DNA from: Lama glama
Lineage: Eukaryota
Assembly: GCA_028534125.1 (NCBI GenBank)
Contig: CM052817.1
Location: 55,430,001-55,494,000 of the forward strand
Direction of reading: 5' to 3'
Length of the DNA: 64,000 nt
The stretch's first letter is position 1, and each line of letters begins with the position of its first letter. Below are positions 13,350 through 26,900 of this stretch, piece by piece. A program made the position numbers and the translations under genes. The notes beneath the pieces were generated by a model. The model saw only the letters and a program-made list of their open reading frames with translations, was not told the DNA's origin and made no database searches.

Positions 13350-13539
13350 CATCAAAAACAACAAAATACCTAGAAATAAATTAACCTAATAGGTTACCTA
13401 TACTCTGAAAACTGAAATGACACAAAGAAATGGAAAAAATTTCTTGTGCTCTTGAATTGGAAGAATCAACAATATCAAAATGGCCACACTACCCAAAGCA
13501 ATCCACAGATCCAATGCAACCCCCATCAAAATACTCATA
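13350..13539 (+). mobile_element. LINE-1 ORF2 (post-RT) fragment
   Basis: attggaagaatcaacaatatcaaaatggccacactacccaaagcaatccacagatccaatgcaacccccatcaaaata reads IGRINNIKMATLPKAIHRSNATPIKI, close to L1 ORF2 [25 protein letters not shown]. Confidence 0.85.
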
Positions 13540-14759
13540 GCTGCTATATATTTATAAATGACAAGGATTCCACTTTTTAAACATGATTCAAATGCTATTG
13601 TCACCTACATTCCAAATCAGCAATAAAACAATAATATTTTAATATCACCAGTATTCATATTTCTCAAATTGTTCTATAGAAGTTTTACTTTTGTTCCATA
13701 TGTTATGACTGCTTATTTTTTCTCAGAGTCTGTTTTAATCTTTTGTACACCTTTCCTTTTTTTTCCCTTACAATTTTTGTTGTTTCTGTTGAAAAGCCAA
13801 ATAACTTTTCTTGTAAAGTTTCTCAGGAGTTGAATTTGCTTACCTATCTATGGCTTGAAATACTTTTCTTTTGATGTATTTCTTAAAAATTGGCATTCAA
13901 ATAAGAAGAATGAGTACTGAATTTAAGATTTTGGGAAAACTACTTAATAGAAGGTGCTGTGTATTTCCATCAGAAAATGTGAAATATCTTATTGTTGTGT
14001 ACGTGTTCTTAGAAGCCTTTGATAATCATTGTTTGAATTTATTAATTCATTATGTGACACAAAATTCTTTCTTCATTTATGAGCTCAAATATTTCTAAAA
14101 AGAGAAACCTCCTCTTTTCCTACTGTGTTACCCTTTGGTAAAATTCATAAAAGAGAGACAATATAAAATGTTCATTCTTACCCATCATTTAGTTTTCCAA
14201 ATAATGAGTTGGTTTCCTTGTATATTATAAAAATCATCAAGGAGTAAGGTTGTTTTTAGCATCATTATAAGTTTAACATGTTTGATGCACTACAGTCCAT
14301 TGCATATACAAACCTAATTGGTGATCAAAATATCTCTTCTTTAGTTGGGAGGGACTGATTCTATTTGTGACCTCTTAAAGTGCTTCAGAAAAGATGAAGT
14401 TTTGGGAGAATGAAAATTTGACATTAAATAATTGTCACAAAGACATTGCCTTTAAAACCCCTGGAATTTAAAGATAATTAAAGAACACTTTGAACCACTA
14501 TAAAGAAAAAGCCAGAATATATTGAAGAGAATTTAGGCTAACCCTCCTTAGATTTGTTTCATAGCAACAGTCAACACTGTAAAAACCAGAGTCCTTAAGG
14601 AAATAAAGTGTCCCAAAAACTGTGTACACATTTAAACCGTCATTCAGGGAGCAATAAATATGCATTTTTGACATGCGACAGTTGAGGTTATAGTGTTCTC
14701 TTGAATTCTTGAAGAAATATCTAAAGTTCAAACATCAAGCAACTTATTCATTTAGAGGA

Positions 14760-15965
14760 ACACTATGGCGAAGAGACTGAAGGTCACCCTAAATCAATTT
14801 AGAGTATTAAGTAAGACTTTAGGACTAAAATATTAATAATACTGTTATATAACAAAAAGTTAATATTACAATACCTCAATAAGAGGATAAACTACTAACT
14901 TAAAAGGATTTAGAGGAGAAAGAGAAGTGAAAGTATGAGATAATATGATTTCTGCAAGTAAATTACTAGAAGTAAAGGTCATTTCCCTGTAGTATTTATC
15001 AACTCTGTTGAATAAAATTTACGTAAAAGATGAGAGAACCACTGTAACCAACTAAATTTGTATTTGCAGAAGAAAGGAATGGGAAGAAAATGGAAAAGAA
15101 AATACACTAATTGTACCTGTGCTCCTGTAGGAGGTTGATGGATACTGCCTAAAGAAACAGAGGAGTGAAAGGTAACCAGTAAAGTGAGGGTTAAGATGTT
15201 AACTGCTAGAACAACAAAAAGTGCCAACCCAACAAACAATCAGAATAAATGTAAACATACACATAAACACAAAGGAATTAAATTTCTGAAAATGTTTAAA
15301 ACTTTCAAAGGAGAAATTATAATAAACCTATATGACATAGTAAAACAGTGTCTATTAAAGAACATACGTGGTCCAAACTCACCTATTAAAGTTAGTTTTC
15401 ATACTGTATCTCAAGCAAAATGTCAGTCTTCTCTTGTTACGACTCTCTTAAGGTACTTCAGAAAATATTGAGAACATAGGAATTAGGGAAGGTAAAGCAA
15501 GCAAATGTGAAAAAGAAAATCAGAAAACAAAACAAAAACATTATGACTCATTTTGTCGATCAGATAAAAATATTGAATGCATCTTAAAATGACACTTTAT
15601 AAAGATATTAGAGGAAGAATTTGCAGTGGGGTGAAACAGTCAAGGATATCTGTGCAATACACTATAAAGCATTCAATTTAATAAAAAAAAAAGACAAGCA
15701 TGCAAAGGGAAGTAGAAACACATTACTAATATATTTAAATACACCTTTCATGATTCTTGTTAGATGAAGCAGATTAAAAAGTAAAATCTAGAGGACATAG
15801 TTAATAGCATTGAATTAATTAAAATACATTGATATGTGAATCTTGAGAAAATAAAATACACTATTATATCGGATCACAAATATTGACAAACCCCTCAATA
15901 AATAACAAAAATTAGAAGTTATGTATACAGCATTCTTTAACAATGCAGGAAAATTGATAATTACA
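14760..15965 (+). mobile_element. Highly decayed LINE-1 (ORF1/ORF2-endonuclease region, L1ME-like)
   Basis: A-rich tract with L1 EN-domain-like motifs (tttaaatacacctttca..., ctcaataaataacaaaaattagaagttatgtatacagcattc). Boundaries uncertain. Confidence 0.5.
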
Positions 15966-16359
15966 GTTATCACATGTAAAAGTAGGTTGTCTGTCTCTTT
16001 GTACTGATTCAGCCTCCTGAGTTCAAGGCATTTTCTTAGCTCTCCTTCAGGGAAAAAACACAATTTTGACTTTTACCCTTCACCCAGAAGCAATGGGGAT
16101 CATTTTGCCTTGTTCCTTGGGGTCGGACTATTAAGTTTTTTCTTATCTTTGGAATGAGTGTAATATTCTTGAAATTTCTACATCCTAAGCAGAAGCAAAT
16201 CTATAAGCAACTGTATTTGGCTTTGTTTTGGAGAATCACATGGCAGAAGCAGTACTGAAAACAGAGAATGAATATTGTCATAATGAATTTTTTTTTGGTT
16301 AGTACATTTTTCTTGGTATGAAATTTCTTCATTTGTTATTCGTTCATTGTGTAGTCATT

Positions 16360-16700
16360 CTGTGAGGTCAAAACAGACCCCACCATGGAAAATGTTGCTT
16401 GACTGTCAAGACTGATAATACTACAGTGTACCAGAAAAGTGTGAAAAAAGTTTATTACTCACAAAATGAGACTTTCTGGAGAAAGTAGAGCAGACTTCCA
16501 TGCAGGTTTGAAAATAGTTTGAGAGAGTAGAGAGAGAATACTGGTTTGGGTTTCATTTTGTTTAGGAGGTGGGGCCAGTGAGGATTCCATGCATGGGCTT
16601 GGATTTGCATAATTTTTTGACACCAAGGGAAGGGTGTGAAAGCTTTCTTATCACCTTGTCCAGATGTGGAGCAAAGGGTTTTGAATAAGGAGTCTAGTCT
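16360..16700 (-). mobile_element. Ancient ERVL-type LTR (LTR53/MER54/MER88-like)
   Basis: tttattactcacaaaatgagactttctggagaaagtagagcag...; minus-strand AATAAA at 16451-16456. Family assignment tentative. Confidence 0.45.
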
Positions 16701-18486
16701 CTTTGTATTCACTTTTAACTTTTGTTAACTTCAACCAAAGTTCATTAAGTAAATGACATCACAAGAACTGCAGCCTCTTTATAAATACCTTCGGAAACTC
16801 CTAAGAGCTGGTAACACACCATTATAATACCTTCCTGTTCACAAGAGCACTTGAACATTGTTCACAAGTATCTTATCGACCCCAGAACTGTTCCAAATAT
16901 AAAATTTCATTGATATACTGCATCATGTGAGTTATTTAGATGCTTCCAGAATGCTATGGGGATACTTGTTATGAAACAGTCTGTGTACTCAACCACTTAG
17001 ATCACTACTATAAGTTCCCATGGGACACCTAACTCTTAGAGTAATTCTTCCTAGAGTTTTCTGACTTAAGATAACTCCTGCTATTCAGAAATGATAGTTT
17101 CATTGTTAGATTTTTTTAAGGAATTTGAATACAGGGATATTACAGAGGTATTAGTGGCAACATGCCGGTCCATCATCTGATTTAAACACACCTCCTACTT
17201 ATTCTACTTTTTAGGTTTTACCATTCTTTTATTGCCATATAAATACACATAAACTAAAATCGTAAATTAATTAATTTCCCATTTGTCATACAGAGACGTG
17301 ACATAGCTTGCTTTTTAACATTGCTCATAAACAAATATTGCTTATTTATAATTCCTGTGTTGTTAGCACAGAAGAACTGAATAAGACTTTAACTTACAGC
17401 TTTAAGAATAAATTGAATATGCTTACTCAAGTATAGCAACTACAGAAATTACTTGAAGGTTAATTCATTTATTTCCCAGGCAAGAAGTTGAATTAAGAAC
17501 CTCAAACCATCAAATGGATCAAATGAACAGTATTGATTTAACCCTCCCGCAGAGATGCTCAGTACCAAGCACTAAGAAGTATTCAACAGAAATACCATCA
17601 TGTTTCATTATAATATTGCCCTCACATTTAAAAATAAGTAGAATATTTTTCTCCCCTGTGTTATTTATGGATTATAAACATTATAATAACTTTGCATCTT
17701 TTCCAACTGCAGTACCATTTAGTCTTGCTTGTGTAAGTATACTCAACTCTATTACTATTTGGAATTGTATTTATCTGAAAGTCCATGGAACCAATTAGCT
17801 TGAGAAAACTTATACTGGATATCATATAAAAACACATGTTTAGGATTGCATAAAAAACTATGCAAAATGTGTAGATGGGTAGTGTTTATCTTTTTAAATT
17901 ACACAAAGCAGGTTGTAGACTCCCTAGTGAATGATAACAGCTCCCTCACTGTATTCTCAATCTACAACACAAATATGGATTTTTATGTCTGTTATCTTAT
18001 GGCCCTGATAGATGACGTATTCCAGAATGTTTGTTACCATATATGTGCTAAATACAAGTTTAAGAGGTTTTTTACTTTTTAATAGCCTTCTATTATAATT
18101 ATTTCAGCACTCTCCAAATATGAATAGATTTCACCATTCGTTCTGTCTCTCAGTTTTTAATACTGCCGAGTATTGCTGGAGAATATCATGAAACTTTAAT
18201 TTTTCCAAAATAATTTATACTTAATGAAATCAGCCATTTCCCCCTCTTCCCAGAAGATGCTAAGCATTTTTTCTCAGTTTGTTTATTATTATTTAACTGT
18301 TGGTCACATTTCCTATTGCATATATTTGTTTCTTTTATTTTTATTTTCCCCCTCTCAACCCCTAGGTTTGGAACCTTTCACTTGCTAAAGATGTTGGTTA
18401 AATTCTGTATAAGCTTCATCTAATATATGTGTGTGTATGTATGTGTGCATGTGTGTGTGTTCTGATCATTTCTATTCAGCATGTTG

Positions 18487-18957
18487 ATACAGAAGGGATT
18501 CCCCACCCTAAGTAGTATGAGATTGTCAAACACACAATAGCCTACACTGGACAAATGACACTGACCGCAGTTTATTAGACACGCATATCCATAGCATAAG
18601 GGGAGGACAACACTGCACAGCACACAGGCCACGGTGGGATTGTACTCAGGATTATAGTGAACCAGCAGGTGCTACGGGAGCCAGGCTTTGTAGTAACAAG
18701 GTAATGAGGTACCCCTCAGTTCCTGTAGAGTGGATGTGAATGGATTCTTTAAATAACAGGGAAGTAAAGTCCATCAGGCTGAGGACTGGATTAGGTGCAG
18801 CTCTTCTGGTTGGTAGGGGAGCTAACCTTGTGGGGATCCTTTCCCACTGGGTGAGGGATGTATCTGGTAAGAACAGGGGAACTCATGATTAGGCCTTGGG
18901 GGCCCTCTGAGGCTCAAATATTTAATGGCAACACTTGAAATTTTGGGCCTTATGCTA
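18487..18957 (-). mobile_element. ERVL LTR (MER74/MER73-like)
   Basis: Minus strand begins taaggcccaaaatttcaagtgttgcc...tttgagcctcagagggcccccaaggccta; GC-richer block with minus-strand poly(A) signal (gtttatt at ~18570). Confidence 0.7.
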
Positions 18958-20889
18958 TAGTATGTATGTATCTTCAACTATTCCTTCTTTTTAATTTGAG
19001 CACAGATAAAAAGGTGTTTCCTTATTTTGAAATTCCAGCCCTTTAATGTTCCTCTCTTGTCATCTCTTGCCAAATCCATGGAACTACTTTTCAACAATTG
19101 GCTCTCTTGCGTCATTGGTATCTCCAAGATCACACATATAGCCACATGCCTCCTCCTAACTTTTTCATCACTTAGAATAGAGGAATAAAAGCATGGGATT
19201 TAAATTCCAAAGACAAACTTTCATGAAACAACTCCACAAAGCTTTTGATACATGACCTCATCTTTCATTATTCCTACCCACCTTGGCTATCCTGAGATGA
19301 ATTAGTAGGATAAACTGAACTACTGCAATGACAATGACAAAAAAATTAACTTAAAACATAAAGAACAACTTATCCCTGAAGAAAATATCAGATGTGATTG
19401 GTGGAAGATCTATTCAGTGATTTAGATGGCCTAGGCTCTCTTTGTTTTGTAATGCCCAGTCTCAACGTGTGGCCTCTGCCTTGTATAAGCAATAAATGAG
19501 AAGAGTGGAAGAGATGTCACATTTTGTAACCTGTCCCTGCCAGACAGTGACACACACCATTTGCATTCTATTTGTCCTCAATTAGAAACCTTTTTCCATC
19601 CCATTTACAATGGAGGTTATAACATGGGGGAACACATGGAATATTGGCTGAAGAGTAACATTCCATTTACTATTTTCTACTACAGATGCAGCTCCAGAGA
19701 TTATTACATCCCTTTAGATGTGAATTTTTACTTGCCTTTTATAAAATCATATTTTCTATAAGTTAAAATACCATTGTATAAGATTTTTGAGAATTTTCCC
19801 AGACAATGACACTGAGCTTTTTCAGCTAAGTAAATCACAGTGGAAGCTATGCTTTCTGGAAAAGACTTAACTCCAAAGAGTGTTTCACATAATGTTATCA
19901 ATAATAAAGAAAAATAAATGCTTTTCAGGAGAAAATATGAATAATGATGATGATAGTTAATTATTTTCCCTGACCTACAAATCACATGTTGGCTCATTTT
20001 ATTATGATTAATTTGAACATGGGCGTTACAGAGAAATCTACAAGAACTGCTCTTCACACAAATTTTTTGACTGTCTGGAAATTCCAAGGAAAGCCTTTTA
20101 TCACAGTGCTAGAACAGCAAGACCTCAGTCACGTAATGGTGCTGCTTTCATGAAGTGAAAGATCACTACATTTCTCACTTCTTCCTGAGAAAGCTTTGTT
20201 CCTCAAGCCTATTTCAGTTACTCATTCATTAATTTTCTTTAATTTACCACTGAGTCGAACATTGTGGGCTTAAAATATAGATATTTGAAACTGTTCCCTT
20301 TTCGTTACAGTTTGGGCAAAATAGAGCATCAGGGGGCACATAAAAATTCACCCAAAATCTTGTACTTAAATACAATTCATCCTCATACAACAGCTACAAA
20401 CATTGTACTAAAACGACCTAAAATAAATAAAAGCCTCCTGTCATTTCCTGAATTGTATATGCTGTTTATAAATGGACCAGTGCATTTAAGCATCCCAAAT
20501 CATCAGGATTTTGGCACACCATTGAGTGAATAAAACATAACTCTTAGTGAAGTGATTCTTTCCATCAAACTGGAAAGTTTTCTAAATATAAATTGTGTTA
20601 CTGGATCAGTTGCTATACACTCATTATTTCACTCACTATTTTCCAGATTAATTGCTTTATTCATTTTAGTCACAACAAAACAAATCATGTTTTTTTTCCA
20701 AATTTCTTACAATGATAGATATGTCCTTTTGTACAACAAAATGCATTTTTCCTGTCTTGAAGTGACAGTTTAAAATGGGTGCCATAATTGGCTAAGCAAA
20801 AGTGAATGTTCACTCTTAATCACAAAATAGATGGGTTTTCAGTGTTCTTTCCTTGAAAGTTCACAGCCAAATATTTTGACCATGATATG

Positions 20890-21280
20890 ATTTTAAACTA
20901 TGTATTAGAGCCATTAACAGTAGTTTTTTTCTCTTGTGCATTTGATTGTTTATTTTCTTAGGATAAATTTCTAGAAGCATAATTCCTAGGTTAAAGGATA
21001 AGCACACATTAAGGCTTTTTGATATATTTTGCCAAGTTGTTCTCCAGAAATAGTACATCAGTAATATAGTCCCTCCCATTGAATATGAATGATCTTTTAT
21101 TCTTTACCATCCTTTTCTTTTTAATCTTTGACATTCTCACAGTTGAAAATGGCATCACACAGTTGCTCTGATTTCTATTTCATTAATTACTAGTGAGGTT
21201 GAATGCCTTTTTAAAATGTATTTACATGTACATCTATAATTTGTAATGGATTATCTGTTTCAGTGTTTAGCATATTTTTT
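20890..21280 (-). mobile_element. Old LINE-1 (L1ME-like) ORF2 3' fragment
   Basis: ggataaatttctagaagcataattcctaggttaaagg...tttgatatattttgccaagttgttctccagaaa...attactagtgaggttgaa. Confidence 0.75.
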
Positions 21281-21281
21281 A

Positions 21282-21531
21282 TATATATAATTGAAGTATA
21301 GTCAGTTTACAATATTGTGTCAATTTCTGGCATACAGCATAATTCTTCAGTCATACATGAACATACATACATTGGTTTTCACTTTCTTTTTCACCATAAG
21401 TTTCTACAAGATATTGAATATAGTTTCCTGTGCTATACAGCATGAACTTGTTTCTCTATTCTATATGTGTTCTATAGTTAGTGTCTGCAAATCTCGAACT
21501 CCCAGTTTATCCCCTCCCACCCCCTCCCCCT
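21282..21531 (-). mobile_element. Younger lineage-specific LINE-1 3' end
   Basis: ttgaagtatagtcagtttacaatattgtgtcaatttctgg...gatattgaatatagtttcctgtgctatacag...; same family as 59233-60312 and 25407-25603. Confidence 0.85.
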
Positions 21532-21650
21532 GTATAATAAATTTTAAAGGAGTATAATCTGTAAAAATACTGATCACCGTGATGTACACCTGAAACTAAG
21601 ACAATATTGTAACTCAACTATACATAAATAAAAAATAAAGTAAAATAAAA
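21532..21650 (+). mobile_element. LINE-1 extreme 3' end with A-rich tail
   Basis: gatgtacacctgaaactaagacaatattgtaactcaactatac followed by ataaataaaaaataaagtaaaataaa. Confidence 0.8.
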
Positions 21651-22715
21651 CCATCTCAAAATTTTAAAACAATTAAAGATTGTTATAAAAGAAAAAAAAA
21701 AAAAGACTAGGAGTTGACCATGCTGACAAGGTGAAAAGTTAAAAAGACGTTTTTCTCAGGAAGAAGGAACATACGGAAAGTCACCTCACAAAGTATAGGA
21801 ATCCACACTTTGAGACAACCTACTGTGTTTTGTCATTGTTAGCTCATTTAATTGTCTCAGAAACACCATGAATTTTTGAATCACACTTTAGAACTAAGTA
21901 ACTGAACTTCAGATATATTAAGTAACCTTCCTGAGATTGCATGTGTTGTAATGGCATGTATTGGTTGAGTACTATTGAGTACCAGCAGCCCTCACTGACT
22001 ACAGAACTCCTGCTGTATCCACTCACGCTTCCTTCCAGAGATAACCCATTTTTGTTCTAATCTGCAAAGCACTTACATATTTGTTGTTTTATTTAATGCT
22101 CTAAGCACCCTTTAACAAGGTGATCACTCATGTTTCCTTTCCCTCTGGTGCTGCTTCTCCTTCTTGTGAGGAAAGGCTGCCAAATGCTGATCAGTCCAAT
22201 GACTTATATTTCAAGGCATCTTTATAACATGATCTGAAATTTCTTTTATTCATTAAATATATTTCCAATTTTAGGTCACATCACTTCTACCATCTTAGAC
22301 CATAACATAAAATGGAAGTCCTTTGTTCAGCATCCTCTTAAAGGTTGTTCACTTGCTCTTGCCTTAACTTTTCTTGCATTATTTCTTTAATTCTCATTCT
22401 GTTGCACTGTGTCATCTAGAACCTTCAATTCACTGTGAATTTGTGAAATTAACTCTCCTTATAAATCCCATTCCTCTACCTTCACAATACCATTTCTCTA
22501 CCGTTTGTACTACATGTAACTCCCCTCCAGCATATTGTTCTTCCTGCAGCTCTGGAAAGCTGATTATTTTCCCAGAAGCTGCAAAAGAATGGGCCAGAAG
22601 GTAATGCAACATTTTATTTTATTTTATTTTACTTCATTTCGGCTCAGATTATTACTGCAAAGCTTTCTACAATGTATGCTATTTTTTTGACATTCAGGTC
22701 ATCTGGTATTCTTTC

Positions 22716-22719
22716 TTTC

Positions 22720-22759
<40 letters not shown>

Positions 22760-22855
22760 GTCATAGTCAATTTACAATATTGTGTCAATTTCCAGTGTAG
22801 AACACAATTTTTCAGTTATACATGATCATATATATATCATTGTCACATTCTTTTT
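22716..22855 (-). mobile_element. Very short LINE-1 3' end with (TTTA)n tail
   Basis: (TTTA)n at 22720-22758, then agtcaatttacaatattgtgtcaatttccagtgtag...; TSD tggtattctttc (22704-22715)/tgatattctttc (22856-22867). Confidence 0.85.
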
Positions 22856-25406
22856 TGATATTCTTTCCTAGTTGATATTATCTATTATTTCTTTAAACAC
22901 ATTGAGTAGTTTAATAAATTGTTTTGTGACCTTTCTTAACCATTATCCTCCATCACTCACCCTCCATTCATGCATTCTCTTTCATTTCTAATCTGTTTAA
23001 CCTACATCTTCCAAAAACTGTCTATCTAAATCATTCATTCACTGGATGATTTCCATATTCAATCTCATAAATCTTTTATAATAAAGATATTTTTAGAAGA
23101 GAGATAAGAGGTGATACCATTCATAATGTAGTTTAAAGAGAACCAAGGAGGAAAAAAGAAATATTTGTATTGTCATTATATGCACTGCATTGCCCAGTAG
23201 TATACCTTTTGTTTTGGGTAAATTTGTATAAATTTTAGCTTTCATTCTCTCAAACCAGCTGAAAATAAAAGGCATAATATAAAGACAATACATCCTATAG
23301 TCTTAATTTTCTCAGATCTATTTGTCTCTACAGTTCCTTTGTAATTCTTGATACACTGTTTTCTGAGGCCTTTCCTTTTTATCTGCTGTAGGTTAATTCC
23401 CATATCACTATGTTTATGTTGTATCTGGTAAATTTTTTACATGAAGAACTTTTAAATAAATTCTTAGTTAATGCATGTAACATTTTAATTAAAACATTCT
23501 TAAACTCAGTTATTTCAGTTTCACTAATCTCCAAGCCAAAAATTCTCTCTGAAAAAATGTAAACTATCCCACTCTTCTTAAAAGACTTAACAGCCTTGTG
23601 TGACTTAGAAGTCTTACACGCTCTCATTAACTTTATACATTATACTACAGGACATTAGTTAGTATATTATGAAGTATTATCATAAATAATTAAAACTAAT
23701 AAAAGTAAATAAACAAAATATGTTTTGTAATGATATTTCCTTCCTTCAATTTGTTGTTTTTATCTTATTAATTCTGAGAATTCACTATTTTCCAATGGGC
23801 CTCTCAGACGTTAAAGAAAATTAATCAGATTCCATTGAATGCTTAATTGTCTGATTTCAGTTCCCATTTTCTTGCTATCTAAGTTTGTAATTTGCTATTC
23901 AGTTTTCAGACTATAATGGACCAGACATGGTAACTTCCAAAGTTCTCCCATTGCTTATGGGAGTTTGGGGACACTATATAAATGACAGGATATATACAAA
24001 AATGTGCTTTTAACAGAGGCTGCCAAGTAGTGGGTTCTCAATAAACATTTTCTATTACACATGTTATTATTTCATAGAAAATAGTGACTCAGAAAGGAAA
24101 ACAGCTCCTTCCAAGAAGAAGCTGGAAGTTGACAGAGATAAGTAAACTCTGAACTCAGCTCTGATTCCTCTAAGTTTGGGTACTTTTAATTAATTCACAC
24201 CTAGTCACTATCAAAAGTGAGTATCAATGGGTTTCAAACCTAGATCAGCTTAAATTTATGTTTTTATCTATTATTTATGATTAACTATCCACAGATTATG
24301 CAAATAAGAATCCAGCTATCATTTGATTAATTTGATCAGTATCAGTCCATATCACTCAAGAGCCCATGTGCATGATTCTTCCCTAAATAATGTAACACCA
24401 TTGCTCTACTTAGTATAATTTATGTTAACATTTTGAGGAACATTTGAAAAAATTTTTAGTCACTAGACTTATCTGCAAAGATGATCACACGTCCAATAAT
24501 CAGTTTAATTTGCTTGTTCAAATAAAGTAATGAAAGTGATTGTGTAGGTAGATACAGTGCTGTATTGAAACAATCCTTCCTGTCTATTTTCCCATTTTAT
24601 CCAAGTAAAGAAAAATCCTTCTGACAAACTCTGTCAGCCACTCCATCTCAACAATACAATAGCTTTGTTACGTATGCAATAGTTACATCTAGAGTCCCAC
24701 TCTAGAAATCTCAATCAGTTTTTATTTGTTTTAAGTAAAGTACACATATATCAGGGGTGGATTATCAAATGTACAATTTCAATGTAAATATAATTTTTAA
24801 AAATTAAAAAATATTGTCAAACACATATTTCAATTCAATTATTTAGGTGTACTAAAACATGAATCACCACATATCTAAGTACATAAAAACCTTACGAATG
24901 GAGTTTCAGATTGGTTTCTGATAGAGCTGTCACATAAGTTTTATTCTGATTTCTTTTTCTGTGTGGTACAGCCACACTCACACTGCTCAGTGACAGTCAT
25001 TTTGTGACTACTTTCAAGTTATCTTTGCTACTCACGCATACCAATTTTCATGGAGTCCTTGTTCCACAGTTCCTTCAGGACACTAAAAATACCATTTCAG
25101 TTTTCTCCTATCATAAACATCTGTGACTGGTCCATAAACTAGAGTAATACTTTTGAAACTAGTTTGATATTTAAACTTCTACTACAATTGGATAATTAGC
25201 AGCTTACTTCCCTAGTGTAAATGCATACCTGTCTGTCTGCCTACAATCCAAATGATGCAGTTACTTGGCTTAATTTGGCAACACTGAATGATAATTTAGT
25301 TTGTGGCTTGCTGTCAAAATAATGTGTGGACAGTAATTTTCAAGTAATCTAGTCATATTATTGTTTTTGTTTCTAGCACTTAAGATACAGTAGTTTCTCA
25401 AATTTA

Positions 25407-25603
25407 TTAGATTTGTAAATGTTAACCACTATATATAAAAATAGATTTAAAAAACAAGTTTCTTCTGTATAGCACGGGGAACTATGTTCAATATCTTGTA
25501 ATAACCTTTAATGAAAAAGAATATGAAAATGAGTATGTGTGTGTGTGTGTGTATATATATATACACATGACTGGGACATTATGCTGTATACCAGAAAATA
25601 CTT
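25407..25603 (+). mobile_element. Younger LINE-1 3'UTR fragment running into a gap
   Basis: ctgtatagcacggggaactatgttcaatatcttgtaataacctttaatgaaaaagaatatgaaaatg...gactgggacattatgctgtatacc. Confidence 0.85.
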
Positions 25604-26103
25604 NNNNNNNNNNNNNNNNNNNNNNNNNNNNNNNNNNNNNNNNNNNNNNNNNNNNNNNNNNNNNNNNNNNNNNNNNNNNNNNNNNNNNNNNNNNNNNNNN
25701 NNNNNNNNNNNNNNNNNNNNNNNNNNNNNNNNNNNNNNNNNNNNNNNNNNNNNNNNNNNNNNNNNNNNNNNNNNNNNNNNNNNNNNNNNNNNNNNNNNNN
25801 NNNNNNNNNNNNNNNNNNNNNNNNNNNNNNNNNNNNNNNNNNNNNNNNNNNNNNNNNNNNNNNNNNNNNNNNNNNNNNNNNNNNNNNNNNNNNNNNNNNN
25901 NNNNNNNNNNNNNNNNNNNNNNNNNNNNNNNNNNNNNNNNNNNNNNNNNNNNNNNNNNNNNNNNNNNNNNNNNNNNNNNNNNNNNNNNNNNNNNNNNNNN
26001 NNNNNNNNNNNNNNNNNNNNNNNNNNNNNNNNNNNNNNNNNNNNNNNNNNNNNNNNNNNNNNNNNNNNNNNNNNNNNNNNNNNNNNNNNNNNNNNNNNNN
26101 NNN
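25604..26103. other. Assembly gap (500 N)
   Basis: Run of N. Confidence 0.99.
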
Positions 26104-26439
26104 TAAGCAATTTTTCCATCTGTGAATTTAGTTTAGGACTATGCTATAACTGGAAGCTTCATTTATTATAAAGGTAAAAAGTTAAAAAGGCAGTATGGAA
26201 AATATACATTTGAAAAAAGTGAATGAAACTGGAGAATGCTTTGTAGACCAATGAAATGTTAGAGTATCATGAAGAAGTATTACATAAAACACTGATATTA
26301 AGAGTTTCAGTTATTCGGTTCAACTTGACACATTTTTAAGCATTGCTAGGTATCATTTACTAGAAATTGAAAGAAGGAAGTGCTCTGTAGGAAAGGTACA
26401 GATCATGAGGAAGAAAACAATAGCTGGAAAAGGTAGCAA

Positions 26440-26900
26440 TAGAAATCAGAAGACTCCAGGTTTCTGGTCTGAAGACTGAATGGATAGTGGCTCCACTATA
26501 GAAAATAACAGGAGAACATACATGTTTAGAAGGGGAGAATAAAATGTGTTCAAGTGTGGAAACGATGATCTCACTCTAGATCACCCAGGAGGCAGGTTTG
26601 AAATTCAAGACAGAGGTCAAATTATGAATAATGATTCTGGAGTCATCAACATGATAGTGACAAGAGTGAGATGGAATGTGTGAATACCTGGGAATGAGAG
26701 GGGAAAGACAGATTCTAAGAACACTAACTTCTAGAGAAAAGCATTGACATAAAATACTGAGAAGAAATAGTGAGAAAACCAAGGGAGAATAGTGTCATAG
26801 AAGCCATAAGAAGTAGTTTAGAGAGGAGAGGTCAAAGGCTGTAAGTTGAGAGAGGTAAAATAAGAAAAGAATCAGGAAAAAAAGTTTATTACATTTATCA
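26440..26900 (-). mobile_element. LINE-2 fragment
   Basis: gactccaggtttctggtctg...actgaatggatagtgg...ggagtcatcaacatg, L2 ORF-antisense motifs. Confidence 0.65.

Noticed and set aside
25508..26171. 189-210 aa ORFs (and the X-containing ORFs at 4035-4287)
   Set aside because: Artefacts of translating through N gaps.
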